DNA from: a virus
Reading direction: 5' to 3' (one strand)
Virus record (IMG/VR): IMGVR_UViG_3300043395_003089
Location: 1 to 64,000 of that record
Length of the DNA stretch: 64,000 bases
Below are positions 55,749 through 64,000 of the stretch, piece after piece. Each line of letters opens with the position of its first letter. Positions within the stretch are counted from its first letter, which is position 1. A program made the translations under genes and the position numbers. Under the pieces are notes generated by a model, which had not been told where the DNA came from, made no database searches, and worked only from the letters and a program-made list of their open reading frames with translations.

Positions 55749-57467
55749 CTACTTCGCGGCCCAACCCGTGTTCCCGGTGCCCGATTCCTTGATGTACATC
55801 GAAGTGCCGGCGCCGCCGTCGAGACGCAGAAACTGGGACCCGATTCGTGCCGTGACGTTGCTCTCTGGGTCACCGTTGCCGGCGATGATCTGCGGGCCGA
55901 ACGTGCACGCGTTCGAGGCGATGCGAACGTAGACACCCGCTGGCATCGAGAACGCGGCGACCGAGGCATTGATCGCCACACCCGCGACCATCAAGAAATC
56001 GGTGAACGCTGCCGCGTTGGGGCCGTCGAAGTTGACGCCGGTCGCGACCGCATCGAACGTGCCGCCCGTCACTTGAATCGCGCCGATGTTCGCGCCGTTC
56101 GACAGCACGTGCACGCCATTCGCCCAGGTGCCAGCGTCTGCGGCGATCAAGCTGTTCGAGACCTGGATGTTATCGGCGACGACGGCAACCGCCTCGATCA
56201 AGATCGCGTCGGCAACGGAAGCCCCCGCGTCGGCGACGAGCGGAACGTTCGCCTGGATCTGCGTCGTGTGACAGTCGAGCGCATGCAGAAGCCCGGACGT
56301 CGCGCCCGTCGTGTCTTGGATCCAGTGGTTTCGTTGGACCTGGACCTGCGAACAGGTATCGAGCTTGACGATGAGGCCATCGGCGCAAGTCGACGCACGC
56401 GAGACGATGTTGCCTTGCACCTGCGAGTTGGTGGTGTCCTCGACGGTGATGCAGGCATCGGTGATCGCGGCGACCGAACACACGATCTGGTTGTGCTGCA
56501 ATTGCAGCTTGGTCGCGTCAGCGATCGCGACAAAGCCCGAGATGTCGTTGATCGCGATCGACACACGTTCCAGAATCGCCGTCGAGCCCAGCTTGATGGC
56601 ACACTTGGTCGCGTTCGTGATCCGGTTGCCGATGATCTTGATGTCGGCGATGTCCTCGCCGACGGTGTCTTCGATCAAGATCGTATTGTCTTCGGCCGTC
56701 GTGTTGATGACGTCCGAATCGATGATCCACACCGTGCTGACGTTGCCGTCGAGCCAGATGTTCGGCCCACCAGCGTCGCGCATGTCACAGCCGTCGATCC
56801 ACACGACATCGACTGGATCAGCCGTGCCGCCCATGAACACGTAGGCACCCGCGTTCGCGACGCCACCCGTGTAGCGGCAGTTGATGAACTTGACGATCGA
56901 CGCCTCGATCACGTTGATCAGATGGCACTGATTCGCGCCGACGTTCGAGAGCCCAGATTGATCGAACGTCAAGAGCTCGAATTCGGTCGAGTTGGAGCCA
57001 CCGTCGATCCTGAACAGGTTGTAGGCGCCGCCGCCAGCGCTGCCGGATTGCTTGAGCGTCGATCCCTGCCAGCCCGTGCCGAGGAAGCGCACGTTGTCAA
57101 TATTGTCGAGCAGAAACGAATACGGGTTCGCGCCGTTCTTGCCGCACAAGTACGTGCCGGGCGGAAAGTACACCGTCCCGCCGATCACGGCCGCATCGTC
57201 GATCGCGAGTTGGATCGCTGCGCGATCGTCGGTCACGCCGTCGCCGGTTGCGCCATAGTCCTTGACGTTGAAGTAGATGCCGGTCGGAACGAGCGTCCAC
57301 GCGGTGTCGCCTGCACCGGTCTTGGTGTAGTCGCCAGCTGTCCCAGAGCGCCAATACTTACTGCCGACCGCCGCCGCGATGCCCGCGCCAGCTGTCGGAT
57401 CGACGGTGTCGGAGATGAGATCGACGGTGTTGAGCTTGCCGCGAACGAAGGAAAGTGTTTTGGACAT
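55749..57467 (-). CDS. spike/receptor-binding protein with pectate-lyase-like beta-helix
   Basis: FNVKDYGATGDGVTDDRAAIQ..VYFPPGTY followed by parallel beta-helix repeats. Confidence 0.85.
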   Translation of the reverse strand: MSKTLSFVRGKLNTVDLISDTVDPTAGAGIAAAVGSKYWRSGTAGDYTKTGAGDTAWTLVPTGIYFNVKDYGATGDGVTDDRAAIQLAIDDAAVIGGTVYFPPGTYLCGKNGANPYSFLLDNIDNVRFLGTGWQGSTLKQSGSAGGGAYNLFRIDGGSNSTEFELLTFDQSGLSNVGANQCHLINVIEASIVKFINCRYTGGVANAGAYVFMGGTADPVDVVWIDGCDMRDAGGPNIWLDGNVSTVWIIDSDVINTTAEDNTILIEDTVGEDIADIKIIGNRITNATKCAIKLGSTAILERVSIAINDISGFVAIADATKLQLQHNQIVCSVAAITDACITVEDTTNSQVQGNIVSRASTCADGLIVKLDTCSQVQVQRNHWIQDTTGATSGLLHALDCHTTQIQANVPLVADAGASVADAILIEAVAVVADNIQVSNSLIAADAGTWANGVHVLSNGANIGAIQVTGGTFDAVATGVNFDGPNAAAFTDFLMVAGVAINASVAAFSMPAGVYVRIASNACTFGPQIIAGNGDPESNVTARIGSQFLRLDGGAGTSMYIKESGTGNTGWAAK

Positions 57468-57477
57468 CGCTTAGCTC

Positions 57478-59262
57478 CTACTTGGCATCCCAACCCGTGT
57501 TGCCGCCGCTGTCGCCTTCCTTGACGTAGAGCGTGGTGCCAGCGCCGCCGCCGGTCGAGCGAAGGCCGTACGAGCCGATCGCAGCATCGACGACGCCCGC
57601 GGGGTCGACCTGGAGTTGATAGATCGTTGGCCCAAGATCGGTGCCGGTGCCGTCGATCGGAATCGACGTCAGCGGCGCGTTCAAGACCACTGCGCCGACG
57701 TTGGCATCCGCGAACACGTTGCGGCCGAACACCGATGCATCGGTGACCTGCGAGAGTCGCGCACCGCGTTGCGTGTGCCGAATGAAGTTGTCGGTGCAGC
57801 TCACCGGGCCACAGTCGAAACCGGTCGCACCAACAATAATCGCGTTCTCGAACCGTGCGTCAATACCGATGCCCATATTGGCCGTGACCGCGAGATCGAA
57901 GATGTCACGGTTGTTGGCGATGAATTGCGTCGCTTGGCCATTGTCGGCGGGGAATTCGAGGCGGATTAGGTTCGCGACGATGAGCCCGCGACGGACATCC
58001 TGATATGACACACCTGCGCCGTCGCTCGCGCCCGACAGGTTTTGCACGATGTTGCTATCGGTGACGATGCCCTCGACGTCGCCATCGCCACCGAGATTCG
58101 CGACGTCGACCATCAATACAGTCGACGTGTTGCCGTCGACGTAGATCTGATTGCAATCGATCACGAGATCGTGCGCGAACTTGAAGAAACTGATCGCGAA
58201 GGCTTCCGAGGCTGCGGGCGGCGAGATGTTGATGTCGACGATGTTTCCGGTGAATAGGAGCCTGGAAATATTGCCGCCCGAGACATTGCCCTCACCAGCT
58301 TGCGAGACACCCTGCATTGTCGTGTTGTGCGCGTAGATCGTATCGGAATGCGACTGGTCATCAGAGCCGTTGCCCGATAGCGTGACCGAGCCCTCGAAGT
58401 GGTTGCGTAGGATGCGCATGCTCGTATTCGAGCCGACGCCCGATGGCTCGAAGTCGACCGGGCCCGCACCCGTGCAGTAGTTCGCGTCGAGCGTGACGTC
58501 GTCGACGGCGCGTTGGAACGAGAAACACGTACGTGACGCAGGCGTGTTGTCCATCTCGAACACGCAGCGCTTGCAGAGAATGTCGCGTACGCGATTCGTG
58601 TTGTTGGCGCCGAGGAAGCGCACGGCGTCGCCACGCGTGTGGCCGAAGTAGCAATCGAGGATGAATGATTGCCCGGTCTCGACGATCACCGAGGCGACCG
58701 TGTTCTCGAAGTGAATCAGGTGTTGCTGCTCGTTCTCGTTGGTGAGCGCCGAGCGCATCATCAGGCTCTTGAAGCCAATGCGCTTGCAGCCCGCGGTCAT
58801 GTTGAACAAGCGACGATCTGTCGAAGTGCCGTTACCTGACATCACGAGCGCGCTCGAACGCCCGCAGCCCATGAACAAGACGCCCGAGCTCGCGGAGCCC
58901 GACATCGTAAAGATGGTGATTCCTGCAACGACGAAACACGCGTACGTGCCCGGCGGGAAGAACACGACACCGCCACCAGCGGCGATCGCTGCATTGATCG
59001 CGAGTTGAATCGCTGCACGATCGTCGGTGACTCCGTCACCGGTCGCCCCGAACGTCTTGACGTTGAAGTACGGCGCACGTAGAAGCTCTTGCGTCCACGA
59101 GGTATCCGTCGAGCCCATCTTGAGCCACGGAATACCGATCGTCTGCTCGTATTGGCTGCCGACGGGAGCGGCGACGCCAGCACCAGCGATCGGGGATGCC
59201 ACACCCGACACGAGATCGAGCGCGTTGAGCCGCGCCCGAATCATGGAGAGTGCCTTGCTCAT
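57478..59262 (-). CDS. second spike/receptor-binding protein with pectate-lyase-like beta-helix
   Basis: FNVKTFGATGDGVTDDRAAIQ..VFFPPGTY; same terminal modules as its neighbour. Confidence 0.85.
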   Translation of the reverse strand: MSKALSMIRARLNALDLVSGVASPIAGAGVAAPVGSQYEQTIGIPWLKMGSTDTSWTQELLRAPYFNVKTFGATGDGVTDDRAAIQLAINAAIAAGGGVVFFPPGTYACFVVAGITIFTMSGSASSGVLFMGCGRSSALVMSGNGTSTDRRLFNMTAGCKRIGFKSLMMRSALTNENEQQHLIHFENTVASVIVETGQSFILDCYFGHTRGDAVRFLGANNTNRVRDILCKRCVFEMDNTPASRTCFSFQRAVDDVTLDANYCTGAGPVDFEPSGVGSNTSMRILRNHFEGSVTLSGNGSDDQSHSDTIYAHNTTMQGVSQAGEGNVSGGNISRLLFTGNIVDINISPPAASEAFAISFFKFAHDLVIDCNQIYVDGNTSTVLMVDVANLGGDGDVEGIVTDSNIVQNLSGASDGAGVSYQDVRRGLIVANLIRLEFPADNGQATQFIANNRDIFDLAVTANMGIGIDARFENAIIVGATGFDCGPVSCTDNFIRHTQRGARLSQVTDASVFGRNVFADANVGAVVLNAPLTSIPIDGTGTDLGPTIYQLQVDPAGVVDAAIGSYGLRSTGGGAGTTLYVKEGDSGGNTGWDAK

Positions 59263-60554
59263 ACGCTTTGCCCGAGCTGAATGATCGGTAAGCTGCCAGC
59301 GGCGATTGCAGTGCCGCGGATATCGCTGAACGCGACCGAGCTCGGAAGCGCGGCGGTTTGCACGCTGAGGAAGCCACGACCAAGATACTCTTGATTGGTC
59401 GCGTTGTTTGCCGCACCGAGGAAGCCCGACAACGCCGAGGCTTGCGTCGCGTCAACTAGAAGCTGACGGAATGACGCGTTCTGACTCGAAAACGTCGAGG
59501 CCGCGAGCACGCCGAACCAGTAGTCGTTTTTGGGCAACGTCGATGACCAAGCACCCGACGTGAGACGGATACCGTTGTTGATCGACGAGTTGACGGTGCC
59601 GCTATGGTTGACCGTGCCCGAGATCGACGACGACATCAGGAGCGAAAGCGTGCTGACGTTCTTGGTGTAAACGCCGAGCTGATAGCTCCACGAGATCGTG
59701 CCGGTCGAGTCGGTCGCGCCCGAGAAGTGCACGAGCGCGTTGAACTGGCTGAACACGACGTTTGGCGCCGTGAGCGGCTGGATGTGCAGCGAGCTTTGTT
59801 GAAGGTTCTGTAGGCCTGCGCTTTGAATCGAGAGCGGATAGAATTGCGAGTGGCTGAACGTGTCGCCGCCGGCTGCGACCGACGCCGTGATCACGTTCGA
59901 GCCGGCCATGCCGAATGTCACGCCGTTGCTGTTGGCGAAGCTCACGGTGCCCGTCGAGACGCTCTGCGTACCCGCGGAAAGCGCGAACGGCGTTTCAGCC
60001 GCGACGCTCGCCGTGATCGTATTGCCGTTGACGCCGAACGACACGCCGGAGCCGTTCGCGAACGAGACGCCCTGTCCGGTCGCGTTCGTCGTGCCGCCCG
60101 AGATCGACTTGATCGCCGCGACTGACGCCGAGGCCGTCATCGTCGCCGAGCCCGCCATGCCGAACGAGACGTTGCCGGCGTTCGAGAACACGACGGTGCC
60201 CGTCGAGACGCTCTGCGTGCCGCCCGAGATCGCGAACGGGGTCTCGGCTGCGACGCTCGCCGTGATCGTCGAGGCGTTCAGCCCAAACGAGACGCCGTTC
60301 GAGTTGCTGAAAACAGCCGTACCCGTGGCCATCGATTGCGTACCCGCGGACAGGCCGATGCCGGCCTCGGGCACCACGCTCGCCGTGATCGTGTTGCCGT
60401 TGATCCCGAACGACACGTTGTTCGAGTTGGCGAAGCTGACGCCCGGTCCGGTGGCGTTGGTCGTGCCTCCCGAGATCGCGGTGATGCCGCCAGCGCCGCC
60501 GCTAGCACCACCAGCGCCCGCGTTTGGGGTAAAGCCATCACAACAGCCGCTCAT
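59259..60554 (-). CDS. fibre-like protein: five repeats plus a C-terminal globular domain
   Basis: xSxGTxxxxxxVxFxNxxxVSFGxxxxTITASV repeats. Confidence 0.75.
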   Translation of the reverse strand: MSGCCDGFTPNAGAGGASGGAGGITAISGGTTNATGPGVSFANSNNVSFGINGNTITASVVPEAGIGLSAGTQSMATGTAVFSNSNGVSFGLNASTITASVAAETPFAISGGTQSVSTGTVVFSNAGNVSFGMAGSATMTASASVAAIKSISGGTTNATGQGVSFANGSGVSFGVNGNTITASVAAETPFALSAGTQSVSTGTVSFANSNGVTFGMAGSNVITASVAAGGDTFSHSQFYPLSIQSAGLQNLQQSSLHIQPLTAPNVVFSQFNALVHFSGATDSTGTISWSYQLGVYTKNVSTLSLLMSSSISGTVNHSGTVNSSINNGIRLTSGAWSSTLPKNDYWFGVLAASTFSSQNASFRQLLVDATQASALSGFLGAANNATNQEYLGRGFLSVQTAALPSSVAFSDIRGTAIAAGSLPIIQLGQSV

Positions 60555-60557
60555 GAT

Positions 60558-61082
60558 TCACCCCAGATATTCGCGTGCGCGAATCGGCCGCGCACGAACC
60601 GTGACGGTCTCGCCGCCGGGGATAGCGATGTCGCCAGCAACGCCGCCGACACTGATGAAGTCGTATAGCGATAGATCGCTGACCATCTCGGTGTAGCCAA
60701 CGAGCTCGCCGCTTCCAACGTTCAAGACGATCGGAATCTGTGGCGCAACACCACCCCGCGCCATCCCGAGCGCACCAAGCAACGTTCGTTGCAAGTTGCC
60801 TGCGGCGTCGACGATCGCGCCGTAGAGGCCGATCTGTTCCGCGAACGTGCCGTTACCGATCACGAGGGCGGCACTCGCCGTGAATTCGAGCGCGAAACAC
60901 GTGTACGGCGATTCGGTCGCGCGACGAAGCGTCTTCCAGACTTCGCAGCTCACGTAACCGCCGTTGGCGCCGCCGAGAGACAGGACGGGCGCGTTGGTGA
61001 GTACGTTCACGACGAGCGACGATTCGTCCCTCCCGACCGAAGGGACGTTGCGCAGAAGCGGAAAGCGGATCGTCTTGCTCAT
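60558..61082 (-). CDS. putative virion beta-sandwich protein
   Basis: Beta-rich composition; lies immediately upstream of the fibre/spike genes. Confidence 0.5.
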   Translation of the reverse strand: MSKTIRFPLLRNVPSVGRDESSLVVNVLTNAPVLSLGGANGGYVSCEVWKTLRRATESPYTCFALEFTASAALVIGNGTFAEQIGLYGAIVDAAGNLQRTLLGALGMARGGVAPQIPIVLNVGSGELVGYTEMVSDLSLYDFISVGGVAGDIAIPGGETVTVRARPIRAREYLG

Positions 61083-61085
61083 CGC

Positions 61086-61643
61086 TTAGCGGCCCTTCTT
61101 TGCCGGCTTGCGGAACTTGGTGAACGCGATCAGGAGCGCGATGCCGCCGCCGATGCCGATGCCGGCTTGCTGCCACTGTGGGAGCTGAGTGAACCAGAGC
61201 CGCGTCTTCATCCACGTGCCGGCGCCAGGTGGCGCTTGGACGTTGAACGCGCCGCGGTCGGGCAACGTGCCACCGCTTGGGGGCCGCACGAGGCTGACCG
61301 TCGCCGCTGGTTGAAGGTCGACGCCGTCTGCTACTTTCGTCAGGAACGTGTTGAGCCCGACGTTGGCTTGCATGACCTTAGTGTGATCGAGCGCGCCGCT
61401 GTCGGTGATCAGCGACGTCAATAGGCTGCGCGCGGTCTCTTTGTCGTTCTGATCGACGCAGAGCTCGACGCCACCATCGCCGTCGACGCAGCCATCGGTG
61501 CCGCCCACCCAACCGAGCGCCCGAAAGACGCCGTTGGACGTCTTGTCGCCCATGCCGCCATCGATCGCGAGCTGCGAGAAGCCGGCCTCGCTGGCGTATC
61601 GATTCAGCGTCGCTTGCAGCTTGGCCAGATTCTCGCTTGCCAT
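61086..61643 (-). CDS. peptidoglycan-binding-like protein with C-terminal membrane anchor
   Basis: LQATLN..LAIDGGMGDKT; TM GIGIGGGIALLIAF followed by a basic tail. Confidence 0.6.
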   Translation of the reverse strand: MASENLAKLQATLNRYASEAGFSQLAIDGGMGDKTSNGVFRALGWVGGTDGCVDGDGGVELCVDQNDKETARSLLTSLITDSGALDHTKVMQANVGLNTFLTKVADGVDLQPAATVSLVRPPSGGTLPDRGAFNVQAPPGAGTWMKTRLWFTQLPQWQQAGIGIGGGIALLIAFTKFRKPAKKGR

Positions 61644-61685
61644 GTTGCTTTGACCCTACCACAACAGCCGGGCTATCTTGCTTGT

Positions 61686-62537
61686 ATGTCAGCCCTACGC
61701 GGTAGCTCTACGGCCTGCTACCCGTATTTTCATGGTCAGTACGCGCCGCTCGCCGCCGGGCCGCAGACGTACATTCGATCGGGATGCAGCGTCGGCAGTA
61801 ACGGCAACGTCAACTGCGACCCCGAAGACATGCGCGCGAACGCCGAGCTGCAACTGGCACAACTCGGCTTCCCTCGCGAGCTGTCACTAGAGACCTACAC
61901 GCTCGCGCGCTACATGCAGGGCGAGGTTGGTAGCGGCACCGTCGAGGAACGCGTCGCCGTCGGTGAAGCCGCCGTCAATCGCGCGAAGCGTGAACGCACG
62001 ACGGTCAACGGGCTGTTGCTGTTTCGCCAGCCACAAGGCCACCCGAACCGCGGATGGTACGGGCCGATCCATGGCGTCGGGACTGGCGTCTCGACGGCGC
62101 CGTACGGCCGATGGGCGACGACAAGCGCCGACCCGACACTCCTGACGTTGCTGCTCGCCGAGCTGGTGATGTCGGGCAAGAGCTACGATTTCTCGCGCGG
62201 CGCCGACGATCAAGATGGGCCCGAGGCCTGGATCGGCCAGGGCCAGGCGTCGCTCGATGGCTACGTGCGGCGGCTCGCGAGCTCGAACAAGTTCTGGGTC
62301 GGGCCGTTGCCCGGCGTCGACCACTGGCACACGTTCCTACAATTCACCGCGGGGCCGTTCGACGACAAGCAAGCGCTCTTGCAACGAGGTCTCGAAGCAC
62401 TCAGCCTGCCGGCGCAGCGCCCGCAATGGCCGGCGGATCTGCCGCTCTGTAGCAAGCCCGCGGGCGGGGCGTTGCTATGGACCGTCGGCGTACTCGCGAC
62501 GATCTTCGGTGGGTGGTGGGCTGCAAATCGAGCCTAG
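61686..62537 (+). CDS. cell-wall hydrolase (SleB/Hydrolase_2-like) with C-terminal membrane anchor
   Basis: YTLARYMQGEVG..ERVAVGEAAVNRA; TM LLWTVGVLATIFGGWW. Confidence 0.6.
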   Translation: MSALRGSSTACYPYFHGQYAPLAAGPQTYIRSGCSVGSNGNVNCDPEDMRANAELQLAQLGFPRELSLETYTLARYMQGEVGSGTVEERVAVGEAAVNRAKRERTTVNGLLLFRQPQGHPNRGWYGPIHGVGTGVSTAPYGRWATTSADPTLLTLLLAELVMSGKSYDFSRGADDQDGPEAWIGQGQASLDGYVRRLASSNKFWVGPLPGVDHWHTFLQFTAGPFDDKQALLQRGLEALSLPAQRPQWPADLPLCSKPAGGALLWTVGVLATIFGGWWAANRA

Positions 62538-62727
62538 TTCGCACGCACTGGAAACGGTGATAGGCTGACAGCTCAGATGAGCAACACGCCCAACAAGTCG
62601 TGCTGCACGCGGCCGATCGTCAGGCCGGCAGTGCCGCCTGCCCGTCCCGCGATTCGACCGGTCGCCCCCAAACCACGCCCGATCCGCCCCCTCGGCACTC
62701 GGCCTGTGCGCTAGTATCGGAGTCACT

Positions 62728-62988
62728 ATGGCAAAGGCATGCACCACTCGTCGCGTCGTCATTCGCAAGAAGCACGGCCGCAAGCTCAAGAGCCCGATCA
62801 CGTTCACGGCACACAAGGGGACCGGATGCCCGAAGCCGCGCCGCTCGACGGGCCACCTGAAGGAGTACAAGCAGATCTTCAGGATCGAGGCGAAGGCTTG
62901 CGCGAAGCGCCAGGGCAAGAACTGGAACCGCAAGACCTACGCGCACTGTATCGGCCAAGGCATGAAGACCGCCTTCAAGAACCGCTAG
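62728..62988 (+). CDS. basic Cys-containing protein (paralogue of 28548-28853)
   Basis: Shared C..I.K+.G+K..TF...G..CPK...ST.HL pattern. Confidence 0.65.
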   Translation: MAKACTTRRVVIRKKHGRKLKSPITFTAHKGTGCPKPRRSTGHLKEYKQIFRIEAKACAKRQGKNWNRKTYAHCIGQGMKTAFKNR

Positions 62989-63084
62989 AGCTGCGCTGGC
63001 TGTTCGTGATCTTCGGGCCGACGTTGCTCGTCATCGTCGGCGTAGCGGTAGCGCTGGTGGCGTGGCTCGGTTAGCGAGCCGCGC

Positions 63085-63327
63085 TCACTTCGAGGCCGAT
63101 GCGTTCGCTACGAGCGCGTCTTTGACGACGACGACGAGCGAGTCTTCCTCGTGTAGCTCGACATGAGGGACGCCACCGGTTCCGGTGATGTCGTCGAGCT
63201 CGGCGTTGATCTCATCGGCGAGCGCGCGGTTGCGCTTGTACGCATCGCAGGCTCGCTTGCCGGCCGCTTGCATCCGATGCGTTGCGACGACGCCCGACTC
63301 CCGTTTGGTGCCGTTCGTGGGGGGCAT
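63085..63327 (-). CDS. hypothetical protein
   Basis: TACAGT box 6 nt before the ATG. Confidence 0.45.
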   Translation of the reverse strand: MPPTNGTKRESGVVATHRMQAAGKRACDAYKRNRALADEINAELDDITGTGGVPHVELHEEDSLVVVVKDALVANASASK

Positions 63328-63371
63328 GGCTCTACTGTAAGCGATCCACGGGCCAAAAAGCGAAGGACGCT

Positions 63372-63749
63372 CTAACGGCGAGGCATCAGGAAGCGCTCGT
63401 AGACCTTGTTGAGCACCTCGGTGTTCGATTGTGCGGTCTTGGTCGCCTCGTCGGCCATGCGATCAACCACATCGGAAAATTCTTTCCTGATCATGTCTTC
63501 GCGCTCTTGCGCCGACTCGCGCAAAGCTTGCAGCTGCCTCGCGTACTCGACGAGCGCAGCGACGTGCTTGGCCTCGTACTCGGCGCGTAGCGACTGCTCC
63601 TTAGCGGCCCACGCGACACGATCGGCTGTGATCTTGTCGTCCTTCGCCTCGGAGCGCTTGTAGAGCGCGAGGATCACGTAAGCGAACACGAACACGAAGA
63701 CGCCGAGGAGCCCGTATTGCAACGCGGTGCTTTTGGCGATCTCTTCCAC
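63372..63749 (-). CDS. single-TM plus coiled-coil protein (BhlA/holin-like)
   Basis: LQYGLLGVFVFVFAYVILALY followed by a coiled coil. Confidence 0.55.
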   Translation of the reverse strand: MEEIAKSTALQYGLLGVFVFVFAYVILALYKRSEAKDDKITADRVAWAAKEQSLRAEYEAKHVAALVEYARQLQALRESAQEREDMIRKEFSDVVDRMADEATKTAQSNTEVLNKVYERFLMPRR

Positions 63750-63787
63750 AGCCCGAGATTACCATCAGGGGGTGACAGCCCGCGATG

Positions 63788-64000
63788 TTAGCGATTGGCC
63801 AGATGCGCCGACGCCAGGATCTCGTGGATTTGCTGGTCGTCTAGAGCGCCTTCGAGCTTCACCGGGCGCCGGTTGCGCGTCAGGAGTAGCGTCGTCGGTA
63901 CGGCTTGGATCTCGTACTGATCGGCGAGCCCGACCACGCTCGGATCTTCGCTCGATGCATCGAGCATGAGCACCGGGATCATGCGTGGCGGTACTTGGCC
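63788..64000 (-). CDS. thioredoxin-fold protein (C-terminal part; runs off the window)
   Basis: LADQYEIQAVPTTLLL..LEGA cis-Pro motif. Confidence 0.6.
   Translation of the reverse strand, partial: GQVPPRMIPVLMLDASSEDPSVVGLADQYEIQAVPTTLLLTRNRRPVKLEGALDDQQIHEILASAHLANR

Noticed and set aside
56073-57524. 483-aa plus-strand ORF and similar long antisense ORFs
   Set aside because: Shadow frames of well-supported minus-strand genes
51898-60554. Diversity-generating retroelement acting on fibre repeats
   Set aside because: No reverse transcriptase and no adenine-specific TR/VR mismatch pattern seen
1-64000. tRNA/rRNA genes, capsid, terminase, portal, maturation protease
   Set aside because: None recognisable by eye in this window; absence here does not show absence from the genome

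Overview
A 64-kb slice of a GC-rich bacterial virus or provirus with no recognisable host housekeeping genes. The host is possibly a myxobacterium, judged only from the style of a lipoprotein and a RiPP-type leader. The left third (1-28 kb) carries nucleotide metabolism, replication and recombination genes: MazG-like, NDT-like, TSCPD, dCMP deaminase, ThyX, a P-loop helicase, an SNF2-like helicase, a PD-(D/E)XK nuclease-Sak4-SSB trio, a UDG-PolA fusion, UvrD and a DNA methyltransferase. Four LAGLIDADG-type inteins and an HNH gene sit among them. The 28-37 kb and 50-64 kb regions carry candidate virion genes: tiny Arg/Lys/Cys-rich proteins, membrane-anchored proteins with peptidoglycan-active domains, repeat fibres, two beta-helix spikes, a glycosylation trio and a GH25 endolysin. 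The 37-49 kb region holds small leftward genes, a tyrosine recombinase and a second methyltransferase, ending at a divergent sigma70 control region. No terminase, portal, HK97 capsid, tape measure or jelly-roll capsid is recognisable in this window. Highlights: (1) an orphan lanthipeptide-type precursor plus an unannotated leader-only paralogue; (2) a 959-aa modular protein and core-like basic proteins punctuated by adenovirus-protease-like (M/I/L)xGx/G motifs, suggesting a tailless membrane-containing virus with proteolytic maturation; (3) an 18-copy 23-bp promoter-like element in front of apparently leaderless genes; (4) a Gly-initiated class 3 intein. All protein calls come from motif reading, not database searches.
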